Shown here: positions 1 through 9,410 of the stretch, piece after piece
Layout of the letters: each line of letters opens with the position of its first letter
Position numbering within the stretch: the first letter of the stretch is position 1
From: Candidatus Omnitrophota bacterium
Lineage (GTDB): Bacteria > Omnitrophota > Omnitrophia > Omnitrophales > Aquincolibacteriaceae
Assembly: GCA_003140935.1 (NCBI GenBank)
Contig: PLLJ01000039.1
Span: 12,007-76,006 of the forward strand
Reading direction: 5' to 3'
Length of the DNA: 64,000 nt
Translations under genes and position numbers: made by a program
Notes under the pieces: generated by a model
Databases searched by the model: none
Told to the model about the DNA's origin: nothing
Seen by the model: the letters and a program-made list of their open reading frames with translations, nothing else

Positions 1-288
1 AAACGTTGCGGAGTCTCAGTCGCCGTAGATGACGTGGGGTTCGGTAACACGTGCTTGGAAAGTCTTATTCTTCTCGAACCGGATGTGATTAAGCTGGATA
101 AAAGATATGTCCGCGGAATCGCCCAAGACCTTCATGTCGAACGATCCCTGCGGCGCATTCTCAGGGTCGCTGAAGACCTTGGCGCCGAGGTGATCGCCGA
201 AGGCATTGAAACCAAGGAGGACTTCGACCGCCTCAAAGAGGTCGGGGTTAAATACGGCCAGGGCTATTATCTTGGGATGCCCGCATGA
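1..288 (+). CDS. EAL-domain c-di-GMP phosphodiesterase, C-terminal part (5' end outside window)
   Basis: Frame 1 is open from base 1: VAVDDVGFG (DDFGxG-like), [20 protein letters not shown], which are EAL-domain motifs. The stop overlaps the next ATG (ATGA). Confidence 0.9.
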   Translation, partial: KRCGVSVAVDDVGFGNTCLESLILLEPDVIKLDKRYVRGIAQDLHVERSLRRILRVAEDLGAEVIAEGIETKEDFDRLKEVGVKYGQGYYLGMPA

Positions 289-2591
289 GTTGTGCTGAAA
301 AAGGGGCCCCTGGCGAAAAGCCCCGCGGGCCCTGGCAGGATCCGGTCCTTCTTTCCACGAACCTCAAATTCTTGTTCTCCATCCTCTTTCTTGTCTGCTT
401 TTTAGCCGGAAACTTCCTTATCATGAACCGTCAGGTCCGTCACGCCGAGAACAACTCGAAGATCCTTGGTTTCATGGAAAGACAATACGGCCTGGTTCAG
501 GAGACGACCCTTCTCTCCATTGCGTACGCTCAATCGATCGACGTCCCTGAGCGCAAAACCTTCCGGGAAAATGTCCACAAAGAACTCCGGTCCCTGATTG
601 TCTTCAACACAACTTCCGATGATATCATTTCAGGAAAAACGCAGTTGCCGCTTGCTCTGATCCCTACGATCCGAAGAATTTATTTTTCCCCTCCTGCTCA
701 CTTGAACTCTGAAGTGGAAGAATATTTTTCGGCTTTAAAAAAATTCCTCGCAGGCTCTCCGATCAAGGTTCTCCCGGACAACCTTCAGCTTCTGACCTTC
801 CAGGAAAAAGGCACGCACCTCCTCAACTCGCTGCGCACATCGATCAAAAACTTCCAAACCGAAACAGAGGTTGAGATCATTCAGCTTAAGCATCTCGGCC
901 AGGCCCTTTTCATTCTAAGTTTTCTATGCCTCGGCCTCATCGGCGCACTGGTGTTTCTGCCGACGCTTAAAAATCTCGGGAGCTATTTACATCAATTAAA
1001 AAATATGAACGAGGCCCTGGAGATCAAGGTCTCTGAAAGGACCCTGGAGCTCGAGCGCAAGGCCCTTCAACTGGAACTCGCCAATGAGGAGCTGCGCGAG
1101 CGGATCGATGAGCGGACCCGGATCGAAAAAGAGCTGCGTCAAGCGAACGCTTTTTTAGACTCCGTCATCGACAACATCCCGAACATGGTCTTCATCAAGG
1201 ATGCGGAAGAGCTGCGGTTTATTCGTTTCAACCGTGCCGGAGAAGATCTGATCGGTTACAAACGCGAGGATCTTTTAGGAAAAAATGACTATTCGTTTTT
1301 TCCTAAAGACCAGGCTGATTTTTTTGCCGAAAAAGACCGGGACGTTCTGCGCGAGGGAGCGCTTTTGGAAATTGACGAGGAGCCGATCTTGACACAAAAA
1401 AAAGGCACCCGTATCCTGCATACCAAAAAAATCCCTATCATGGGCCCCAGCGGAAAGCCCACCTATCTTCTCGGTATCTCAGAAGATATTACAGAAAGGA
1501 TCCAACATGAGCAGCAGCTTTGGGAATTTTCCCTGGCTATGGAGAACGCCCTCGACGGCATTGCCCGTCTGGATCCCGACAAAAGGTACTTATCCGTTAA
1601 TAAGGCTTACGCCGCTATGATGCGCTATTCCCCGGAAGAAATGGTGGGCCTGGATCGTATGACCACGGTCTGTCCTGAGGACGCAGAAAAAGCCCAGCGA
1701 GCTTTTGAAGAAATGATGGAAACGGGCAAGGCGGAAACAGAGGTTAAGGTCACCCGCAAAGACGGCTCTATTTTTCATCAGTATGTCGTCCTGGTCAAAA
1801 ACGTGAATAAGGAGCAACGTTTTAACGGTTTTTATTGCTTTGCGAAAGACGTGACGGAGCATAAATATCAGGAATCTCTTGAGATCAAGGCCGATCTGAT
1901 CCAGATGGTGTCCCATGAGCTTCGCACGCCGATCCATTCGGTGAAAGAAGGTTTGAGCATCGTCCTTGAAGGCCTCACGGGAGAGGTCACTCCCGAGCAA
2001 AAGGAAGTGCTAAGCATTTCTAAGCGTTGTGTCGACCGGTTGGCGCGCCTCGTCAATGATGTGCTGTCATTCCACAAACTTGAAGCCGGCGTGGTCGAAT
2101 TCCACATGAAAAAAGAAAACTTGATTCGGCTGATCGAGGAAGTGGGGGCGTCCATGCGTCCCCTGGTAGAGAACAAGAATCTTGTCCTGAATCTGGCCCT
2201 TCAAAAAGACTTTCCGGAAGTCGAGTTCGACCATGACAAGATCGTTCAGGTTCTCATGAATTTTCTACAAAACGCCATTAAATTCACTCTCCAGGGCGCG
2301 ATTACGATCATAGCCTCCGCGAATCCCCAAGGAGTCAAGGTCTCGGTCAAAGACACGGGGATCGGTATTCAGAAAAAGGACATTCCGAAGCTTTTCAGAA
2401 AATTCGGGCAGCTCGAATCTGCAAAACTTATTGCTCCGGGCGGCACGGGGTTAGGACTTGCCATTTCCAAGAGGATCGTAGAGCAGCACCACGGTAAGAT
2501 CGAAATGGAATCGGAACAGGGAAAAGGCAGCGTCTTTTCCTTCACGCTTCCCCTGGAGCAACCCAAACTCTCCAAGAAGAGGCCTCACTGA
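285..2591 (+). CDS. Membrane PAS-PAS sensor histidine kinase
   Basis: Two TM segments flanking a periplasmic domain, coiled coil, two PAS/PAC repeats, H-box SHELRTP, N-box NAIKF, G1 DTGIG, G2 GTGLGL. Confidence 0.93.
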   Translation: MSCAEKGAPGEKPRGPWQDPVLLSTNLKFLFSILFLVCFLAGNFLIMNRQVRHAENNSKILGFMERQYGLVQETTLLSIAYAQSIDVPERKTFRENVHKELRSLIVFNTTSDDIISGKTQLPLALIPTIRRIYFSPPAHLNSEVEEYFSALKKFLAGSPIKVLPDNLQLLTFQEKGTHLLNSLRTSIKNFQTETEVEIIQLKHLGQALFILSFLCLGLIGALVFLPTLKNLGSYLHQLKNMNEALEIKVSERTLELERKALQLELANEELRERIDERTRIEKELRQANAFLDSVIDNIPNMVFIKDAEELRFIRFNRAGEDLIGYKREDLLGKNDYSFFPKDQADFFAEKDRDVLREGALLEIDEEPILTQKKGTRILHTKKIPIMGPSGKPTYLLGISEDITERIQHEQQLWEFSLAMENALDGIARLDPDKRYLSVNKAYAAMMRYSPEEMVGLDRMTTVCPEDAEKAQRAFEEMMETGKAETEVKVTRKDGSIFHQYVVLVKNVNKEQRFNGFYCFAKDVTEHKYQESLEIKADLIQMVSHELRTPIHSVKEGLSIVLEGLTGEVTPEQKEVLSISKRCVDRLARLVNDVLSFHKLEAGVVEFHMKKENLIRLIEEVGASMRPLVENKNLVLNLALQKDFPEVEFDHDKIVQVLMNFLQNAIKFTLQGAITIIASANPQGVKVSVKDTGIGIQKKDIPKLFRKFGQLESAKLIAPGGTGLGLAISKRIVEQHHGKIEMESEQGKGSVFSFTLPLEQPKLSKKRPH

Positions 2592-2645
2592 GAAGGGGCT
2601 CTACCTTTATTCGTCACAGACTTTATGGCAGGCGTTGAAGTACGG

Positions 2646-4298
2646 TTAATCCTCGTGATGAATTCCCCGAATGCCGTCGGCACTCAAGAGAACTGTAACG
2701 GCGGGACCTGATTTTTTGGAAGAGGCACGCTCCACGCGAAGAAGGATCTTGGCTTCACCTTTCGCGGGAATCCATTCCGGCTGAATGCGGAGACGGGGTT
2801 CCTCTGATGTAAACTGAGCGATCTTTCCTTTCCGCCCGTCATGGATCACTTCCGCATGATAGACCGTTCCCTCTTTTGAGGCAAATCCACACTCAACGGC
2901 CAAATCCTTGAAAGACAATGTTCCTCCGGAGAACGAAAATCCATCCAACGGATTGGCGCGAGAAAACCAGAAACGGGCGATCTTATCGCGTCGTTCGATC
3001 AGGGTCCGGGCAATAGCGTCTGAGTCTTTCGTGTCGCTGTATTGGCCGGCCTTGACCATCGCCCGGATATCTTCGTCAGAAAAACTCATCAAGAGTTTTG
3101 CGGCCCAGAATCCGTCGGCGCGGGTTACGAGCCGGAACGCTTCATAGGGAAATTCCGTCTTGTACCGCGCCGGATCAAAAAGGTCATTTGTAAAATAACC
3201 TACGGTTGGAGATCCGTGGATCTTTTTGCCTGCCAGGCGCCATTTCTTCTGCCAAGGTTTCTCACGAAATCCGAGCGCCAGGATCGATTTGAGGGTCTCT
3301 CCGTAATCGATCGCATTTTCATAACCAAGCATAGGTGCCTTGGGCCCTTCCTGCATCGAACCCAAAGCCCCGTTAAAATCAGCAAGATAATGCTTCAACA
3401 CGGTCTGGCCGTTCTCTTCGACAGACATGTCCAGGGTGTCGCTTTCTCGGAGATCGTAATGGTTAAGCCAGGAGGCAAAGATCCCGAGCGTCCGTATCTC
3501 CCGGCGATCGCGATGATTTACCAAGTCCGCAGGGTCGTCCTTCCGGCGGGATTCGAAGCTGAAGATCCCGTGGTAATTCCCTTTCATGATCTTGCATGCT
3601 GAAGCTTGGTAAAGACCTTTCTCGTTCTGAGGCAATACCATCAAGTATTCTTCGAACCGTTTTTGGCTCAACGCCTTTTTGAATCCTGTTTCCTCCCAGG
3701 TGGTGGCTTCGGGAGCCACCTGAAACTGGTCGGGCTTGATCAAAAGGATCGTGAATTGTGGCACGGTATAGCCCAAAGCATAATAAAACCGGCTGGCAAC
3801 GATCTCGGCTCCTGTCGCGAGCTCCATATTCCCCTGAGGGTCGAATTCCAGAAGATATTCATCCCCGCGCGCGTCCTTGGCCCAGAACCGTGGATAGATC
3901 CCCCGCTGTTCCGCCGCGGTGATGCGCAAAGGCTTGCTCAAGTCGGGCCCCGGGGTTTCTTGATACCCTTTTTCAAGGGCCTCCGCGGAAAGTCTTTCGC
4001 GGCCTTGACGATTTTTGAAGAACCCGGAATCCGGCACTTCATCAAAAATGTTTACATCCTTTGATGGAAGCTTTTTCCCGAAGAGCTTCCTCCCCCAGCG
4101 TCCCAGATCCAGCTGATTAACGCCTTCGTTGTAAATACTTTGGTCAAAAAGATCGCTGTAAAATGAGGATTCGCTTTCTTTGAATTTTACCGTTTCCCCG
4201 GCCTTGGCCAGCCCCGTAAGACTGAGTGCCCAGCTCCCAAGGATCACAAGCGCCAGCGCTTGCCGAACCTGCTTAGTTTTTCCGCATTGGGTCTTCAT
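2646..4298 (-). CDS. Exported hypothetical protein with atypical protein-kinase-like motifs (possible pseudokinase)
   Basis: N-terminal signal peptide (…LTGLAKA). Motifs YLLEFD / ELATGAE / WLNHYDLRESD / YLADFN fall in the order of kinase beta3, alphaC, catalytic loop and DFG. Confidence 0.55.
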   Translation of the reverse strand: MKTQCGKTKQVRQALALVILGSWALSLTGLAKAGETVKFKESESSFYSDLFDQSIYNEGVNQLDLGRWGRKLFGKKLPSKDVNIFDEVPDSGFFKNRQGRERLSAEALEKGYQETPGPDLSKPLRITAAEQRGIYPRFWAKDARGDEYLLEFDPQGNMELATGAEIVASRFYYALGYTVPQFTILLIKPDQFQVAPEATTWEETGFKKALSQKRFEEYLMVLPQNEKGLYQASACKIMKGNYHGIFSFESRRKDDPADLVNHRDRREIRTLGIFASWLNHYDLRESDTLDMSVEENGQTVLKHYLADFNGALGSMQEGPKAPMLGYENAIDYGETLKSILALGFREKPWQKKWRLAGKKIHGSPTVGYFTNDLFDPARYKTEFPYEAFRLVTRADGFWAAKLLMSFSDEDIRAMVKAGQYSDTKDSDAIARTLIERRDKIARFWFSRANPLDGFSFSGGTLSFKDLAVECGFASKEGTVYHAEVIHDGRKGKIAQFTSEEPRLRIQPEWIPAKGEAKILLRVERASSKKSGPAVTVLLSADGIRGIHHED

Positions 4299-4308
4299 AA
4301 GTGCCGCC

Positions 4309-5634
4309 TTAGAACGCGAGTTTGTTCTTAACGTAAAACTGAGTACCTTCGTTGCTGTGAGCTACCGAAAAATTCACGAGTGTGTTCTTGGCATAGCTAA
4401 GATAAAAACCAACCCCGTAGGATTCCCGGAAATCCTTAAACTGAAATTCGTGGATCTCGTTAAACGTTTGGCCTGTGTCTGAAAAAAACGCCGTTTTCAG
4501 CTTGAAATCCTTGTATTCCATTACGGTGTAACGGTATTCCAGGTTAAGAAGCAGGGAGCTTTCTCCGTAGAAACGGTTATACACGTAGCCCCGCATCGTC
4601 TCACTGCCACGCGTATTGGTCCCAGCACCGCCGAGCTTAGCCATGTCATAAAAGGGAATGGCTCCATGGTCGATTTCGTCATTGTGTTCGGCAAAAAGAC
4701 GTGCCACAAAAATGCGTCGCGGGGACCACAGCTGGAGATATTTGGCCATGTCCAGTTGGTACTTGAAGTAACGGGCTGTCGCGCCGCTCACGTTGTCCGT
4801 GAACTGAAAAAGGAATTTCTGGTAACTCCCGCGCGTGGCATCGTCCTTGCTATCGCGGGTATCGCGCTGGAGGGTTATGGAATAATCCAACAGATTATTG
4901 CCATTCACGCCCGGAATGTTCTGGCCCTCAAAAACATGCAGGATGTCCCCTTTGCCGTCATGCGCTCGATTAAAGATATTCACATTTCTGTAATCAAATC
5001 CCCCGTTGATATCGATCGATGGGGAAATCTCGTAGCCGGCCTCGAGGCCCACCTTGGTGGTTTCCATTCGATAGGAGGTACTGTCTCCCATGCTCGTGTC
5101 CGGCCCGATGCCATAAAAAGGCTCTTTTTCCTGGCGATCGTACCCAAAGACTCCTTTGGCGTGAAACCCGGTCCCGCCGATCTTCTGCGCTCCGATCTCA
5201 GAACCCACCGCAAAAAAAATGGTGGGACAATGAAGAATCGTGGCCGTAGCAAAAAGATCGGGGAATTTTTCTTTTTGCTTCGAAAGGGCCAAAAGGTTCA
5301 GCTCGGCGCCATAAGCGGGGATCGCGCTTATATCTGAAAATCCGAGCAAGGGTTTGACGCCCTGTTTAACCGATTGTTCATAGAGCCATATTGCTTTTTT
5401 ATCAAGCCGGTGATTCTCGGTGTAAATGATCCCCTGGTCCATGGGCCATTTGATCAGTTGGAAGGGAAATTCGATCAGGCGGGAAACGGGATCCTTGAGG
5501 GGTTCCGCAGAAAGAGGCTCTGTATAAACCGGGGCATAAGGATCCTGGTTTTTTTCGCCAGCATGCCCCTTGGGCGCAAGACACCATAAAAGGATAGAAA
5601 AAACAAACGCCTGTCTCGATAATCTCAAGATCAT
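4309..5634 (-). CDS. Omp85 (BamA/TamA-family) outer-membrane beta-barrel lacking POTRA domains
   Basis: Signal peptide from ATG 5634 (MILRLSRQAFVFSILLWCLAPKGHA), DTRD, LGG…MRGY (VRGF-like), FSDTG, C-terminal alternating strand ending in Phe (YVKNKLAF). About 440 aa, too short to hold POTRA repeats. Confidence 0.8.
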   Translation of the reverse strand: MILRLSRQAFVFSILLWCLAPKGHAGEKNQDPYAPVYTEPLSAEPLKDPVSRLIEFPFQLIKWPMDQGIIYTENHRLDKKAIWLYEQSVKQGVKPLLGFSDISAIPAYGAELNLLALSKQKEKFPDLFATATILHCPTIFFAVGSEIGAQKIGGTGFHAKGVFGYDRQEKEPFYGIGPDTSMGDSTSYRMETTKVGLEAGYEISPSIDINGGFDYRNVNIFNRAHDGKGDILHVFEGQNIPGVNGNNLLDYSITLQRDTRDSKDDATRGSYQKFLFQFTDNVSGATARYFKYQLDMAKYLQLWSPRRIFVARLFAEHNDEIDHGAIPFYDMAKLGGAGTNTRGSETMRGYVYNRFYGESSLLLNLEYRYTVMEYKDFKLKTAFFSDTGQTFNEIHEFQFKDFRESYGVGFYLSYAKNTLVNFSVAHSNEGTQFYVKNKLAF

Positions 5635-5710
5635 GATCTGGAATCTCTCAAAAAATATGTTCTTATTTAGTGATGAGAATATCCGATTATAGAAAAATTC
5701 CAAGTATTTT

Positions 5711-6091
5711 TTATGCCAAGCCGGCCAAGGCCACCAAAGTGATTCCGATCGCGATGAGGAGCGTGCCGAGAAAACGCTTGCCATCGATTCTTTCAGCCAG
5801 AAAAATACGTGAAGCGATCAGAATAAGGATGTATTGCATGCTGCCAAGAACGAACACCACGCTTAAGGCCGCCTGGCTGAGAGCCACAAGCCAAAAGACA
5901 AGTCCGACCGCCATCGATGATAACCCCAGTAAAATACCGGGATGGCGAATCACATTTTTAAAAAAAATCCCGTAGGCTCTTAAGTTTCTTCCTTGTACGT
6001 CCGGAAAAGCGTTCGCGGATTTTTTGAAAAGTAATTGCCCCGCGGTGTTCCAGATCTCGGCAATGAGCACGTAAAGAATAGTCCGGATCAT
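5711..6091 (-). CDS. Small EamA/DMT (ArnE/ArnF-like) membrane protein
   Basis: Four TM helices; GQLLFKK, W…ALS…LSVV, FLAE…GTLLIAIG pattern. Confidence 0.85.
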   Translation of the reverse strand: MIRTILYVLIAEIWNTAGQLLFKKSANAFPDVQGRNLRAYGIFFKNVIRHPGILLGLSSMAVGLVFWLVALSQAALSVVFVLGSMQYILILIASRIFLAERIDGKRFLGTLLIAIGITLVALAGLA

Positions 6092-6170
6092 GGCGCCCAA
6101 GTCTCTTGTTTTTTTTCTTGGAGGGCGACTTGGACTGTCATGATTACCTTTATTTTTAAATTTATGAGAA

Positions 6171-6593
6171 TCATGGCGTAAGTGTCATGGGAGGCGCCGC
6201 AGGCTTGCTTTTCGATAAAACCAGGATTCCGAGGACAACGCAAAAGATGCCTGCGACCCCCATCATGGATATTCTTTCATGCAGAAAGATGACCGCTGAA
6301 AACGGGATAAGTGCGTACGTGGTGCTCCCCAGGGGAACGGCCAGACTTAAATCGATCCTTGTAAGAATAATGATCCAGAGAAAAAAATTGAGCGCGTACA
6401 GGATGACGCCGGCTATCACGAGCGGCGAAACTACGTTCTGTGTCACAAAAAAGAGCAGGTCGTGAAGACTCCAGGAAGCGACCGCACCCCCCACGATTCC
6501 TTTTTTCATCAGGACCTGAGCCAAGGCGTCGATCACGTCGTTTAAGAAAATCGCGAGGAATATCCTGAGGGTGATGCCGCCGGCTTTGTTCAT
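6171..6593 (-). CDS. Small EamA/DMT (ArnE/ArnF-like) membrane protein
   Basis: Four TM helices; AQVLMKKG, W…L…DLSLAVPL, FLHERIS…G…G pattern. Confidence 0.85.
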   Translation of the reverse strand: MNKAGGITLRIFLAIFLNDVIDALAQVLMKKGIVGGAVASWSLHDLLFFVTQNVVSPLVIAGVILYALNFFLWIIILTRIDLSLAVPLGSTTYALIPFSAVIFLHERISMMGVAGIFCVVLGILVLSKSKPAAPPMTLTP

Positions 6594-7780
6594 ACTTTCT
6601 CTTGAATGTGTTTGAATGTCGCGTCAAAATTCTCCGGCCTCAGGCATCGGCACAATAAATGAAAGAACGGATTGACGACTTTGTTGCGATGTTTGGCATA
6701 AACAAAGAGCCGGATATATTTAAATCCAAGACGTCTTTTGGCTTCATACCCGGTGTTGCCCATTTCATAGACCGGGATCTTATTGGCAATACACCATTTC
6801 ATCAGATCGCGGAAGCGGGTGAAATAGAGGTGCAGGTCGTGGGCCAAGGCATAGTCAAAGCCCAAATAGTAATCGATCATTCTTTCGGCGGAGATAAAAC
6901 AAAACGCAAAGGCTACGATGCGTCCGTCCAGGCGCCACAAAAAATAACGGGTCTTGGCCGACATATTGTCTGAGATAAAACGGAAAAAATCCTTTGTCAT
7001 GATCTCAAAGGACATCTCTCCGTGCTTAAGCAGGGTCTGCGTATAAAGGGCGTGCACCTGGTCCAGTTCGTCCTCGGACAAACGCTCCCGGATCTCCATG
7101 GGAAGCGGAGTAGCTTTATCTATTTTTTTAAGTTTTCTTTTCAGCCCGTCACGCGAGGCGCGGTTGAGCGTTTTTACATATTCGTCAAAAGACAGGAACG
7201 GAATGGTCATTTCGGTCGAAGGCATACTTTCGAATTTATAATAGCCTTCGGCCTGGAGCGCATCCAGCCACTCGCATTCCCTCAAGCCAAAGTCCTTGAA
7301 TCCAAGAATCGATATTTTTTTGGATGCCGCGAGAGATTCCATGGCTTCACAGATCGCCCGCACGACAGCTTTGGGGTCCCTCTTGACCCCTAGTCTCCCC
7401 TGGCTCATCGGCAGTCCGCACACAAGCGCTCTTAATTCCATAAAACGAGGAAACCGTTTTTTGATCTTCAAAAGCATGGACTTGATCGGCCCTTGGATTG
7501 TGGTATCGAGAGGATAATGCATTAAAAAACAAGGGGCAATACCCGTAAGTTCCCAAGCGTCATAGATAAGAATGTAGTGCCATTCAAATTGTTCGAGGCC
7601 TGATTCCTGAAGGGTCTTGAAAAAAGAGTAACTTTCGAGAACGTCGGGATAAACCTGGGACCATGCTTCGGGAGAGATTTGCGTGATATCCGTGATGATC
7701 TCCGCGCGTAGTTTCATGGCCCCGCAGGACTTTTCTTCGGAGGCCGCTATGATCGACTCTGTCGCTGAGACGTCAAACAT
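6590..7780 (-). CDS. GNAT/FemAB-like acyl- or aminoacyl-transferase
   Basis: Tandem GNAT-like pattern (FDEYVKTL…R…LKRK; YYLGFDY; YEMGNTGYEAKRRLG). ATG at 7780 overlaps the stop of the upstream phosphatase. Confidence 0.75.
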   Translation of the reverse strand: MFDVSATESIIAASEEKSCGAMKLRAEIITDITQISPEAWSQVYPDVLESYSFFKTLQESGLEQFEWHYILIYDAWELTGIAPCFLMHYPLDTTIQGPIKSMLLKIKKRFPRFMELRALVCGLPMSQGRLGVKRDPKAVVRAICEAMESLAASKKISILGFKDFGLRECEWLDALQAEGYYKFESMPSTEMTIPFLSFDEYVKTLNRASRDGLKRKLKKIDKATPLPMEIRERLSEDELDQVHALYTQTLLKHGEMSFEIMTKDFFRFISDNMSAKTRYFLWRLDGRIVAFAFCFISAERMIDYYLGFDYALAHDLHLYFTRFRDLMKWCIANKIPVYEMGNTGYEAKRRLGFKYIRLFVYAKHRNKVVNPFFHLLCRCLRPENFDATFKHIQEKV

Positions 7781-8471
7781 AAACCGGGATCTTCGAAAAA
7801 GACCCTTTTTGCTTTGCGTGCTCAAAGAACGCGCAGACTTCTCCTAGATCGGAGAATGCCGTGTGGGATTTTCCTTCCGTTTCAAGATGACTCGCGAGAC
7901 TGTCCTTGGCAAAAACAATATCCGCTTCAAGCGCCGGGCAAACGTCCGAGAGACCGTCCCCAACGTAGACCGTCGTTCTGTCCTTGTGCTCCAGAATGTG
8001 GACTTTTTTGCAGTGGGCGCAGCGCCGGCGGCACTCTTTGGAATGAAAAGGGAACGTGGGGATGAGCCGGTCCTTTTTAAATTTCAATTCATTGGCAAAA
8101 ACTTTTGCCTGAAGAATCCCGTGATGGCGCAGAATGGTCCGGATGATCACGGTAAAACTGTCGCTGACGATTATGAAGGGAATGCAACGGCGGCGGAGCG
8201 TCCGGAAAAGCTTTGCGGCAAAAGGATCCAGGGGGATTTGCTTCACGTATTTCGCGAGATTGGCGCGGGTCACCCGGACCGATCTCAGTTGCGCCTCAAG
8301 ACATTGCCGCGATCCAATCCTCCCTTCTTTCCAGGCTTCTTCGTGGATCATCCACTTCTGATCGATGGAGAATTTCCCGATGACCGCATCCAGAACATCC
8401 AGGCTGGTGATCGTGTTGTCAAAATCGAGAAAAACCATGAGAGGTTTGCTTTTTTTCGCACCCAGGATCAT
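7773..8471 (-). CDS. HAD-IB phosphatase (MtnX/PHOSPHO1-like)
   Basis: Motif I DFDNT, motif II VSD, K in CAHCK, motif IV GDGLSD, FAK. Confidence 0.88.
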   Translation of the reverse strand: MILGAKKSKPLMVFLDFDNTITSLDVLDAVIGKFSIDQKWMIHEEAWKEGRIGSRQCLEAQLRSVRVTRANLAKYVKQIPLDPFAAKLFRTLRRRCIPFIIVSDSFTVIIRTILRHHGILQAKVFANELKFKKDRLIPTFPFHSKECRRRCAHCKKVHILEHKDRTTVYVGDGLSDVCPALEADIVFAKDSLASHLETEGKSHTAFSDLGEVCAFFEHAKQKGSFSKIPVYV

Positions 8472-9382
8472 ACGTCTTCTTCTTCTTTTCCGTTAAACGC
8501 CCTGCTCGGTTCTACGCCACGGATGCGGCAAAAAAACTCCTCCATTTTTTGAGCCACCACCCTGCGCTCCTGGTCCGCAGTGATCACATGGTAGGAATCA
8601 TTCAGGAGCACGATCTCTTTTTGGTCTGAAGCAACGTGGTCGTAAATGAATTGCGAGTTCTTGACGCTGGTCATATCGTCTTCGGAGGCCTGGATCAGCT
8701 GGACAGGGACATGGATCCGGGACATTTTTTTCATCAGCTCGCGGATCAATATACGCAACTCACAAAGAAGCGTCACCGGAAAATAAGGATAACCGTATTG
8801 CGCCACCCCCGAGACGTCGCCGAATGAGGCGTTTTTATAATACTCATGGACCTTATTGCGAATGCGTTCGTTCTTGATCCCATAAGGCGGCTCTTCCTTA
8901 AAATAGGCAAAATAGCGGATGGGCGTGTAATACGCGAGCGGTAGCAGGCAATGACTCCAGGGAATATTCCATCCGTCATAAAAAAGCGTCGGGGAAAGAC
9001 AGGACGCTCCGGAGATTCGCTCCGGAAATTCTTCGGCTAGTAAAAGGGCGAGAAGCGCGCCCATGGAAAGACCCGCCGTGAAGATTTTTTGATCGGTCGG
9101 GATCTTCCGGAGCGCTTCTTTGACCGATTGGTAAAACTCCTGCCACTTGGCCCGCTTTAGAATATGGAGAGGCTCCCCGTGATGCGCGAGTCTGGGACAG
9201 AGGACCGAGTAACCTCTCCGGTAAAAGAAGTTGGCCAGACCTTTCATCTCGTTCGGCGTGCCGGTCAGACCGTGGATCAAAAGAATCGTCGCTTGCGAAG
9301 TTTCGACGCTGTATTCCGATCTATTCATCGGAAGGGGAGGTGCGGATTGCCGAGGTAAACGAAAACAGAATTTAACTGCCAT
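8468..9382 (-). CDS. Alpha/beta-fold hydrolase (carboxylesterase/lysophospholipase-like)
   Basis: HGLTG oxyanion loop, GLSMG nucleophile elbow, EDD acid, SYH catalytic His. Confidence 0.9.
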   Translation of the reverse strand: MAVKFCFRLPRQSAPPLPMNRSEYSVETSQATILLIHGLTGTPNEMKGLANFFYRRGYSVLCPRLAHHGEPLHILKRAKWQEFYQSVKEALRKIPTDQKIFTAGLSMGALLALLLAEEFPERISGASCLSPTLFYDGWNIPWSHCLLPLAYYTPIRYFAYFKEEPPYGIKNERIRNKVHEYYKNASFGDVSGVAQYGYPYFPVTLLCELRILIRELMKKMSRIHVPVQLIQASEDDMTSVKNSQFIYDHVASDQKEIVLLNDSYHVITADQERRVVAQKMEEFFCRIRGVEPSRAFNGKEEEDV

Positions 9383-9410
9383 AGTTTTTATTTCTTTTTA
9401 AGGTTTCTTG

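Noticed and set aside
7773-8471. Calling the HAD phosphatase mtnX (methionine salvage)
   Set aside because: No mtnW/mtnB/mtnD context. Family membership alone does not fix the substrate.
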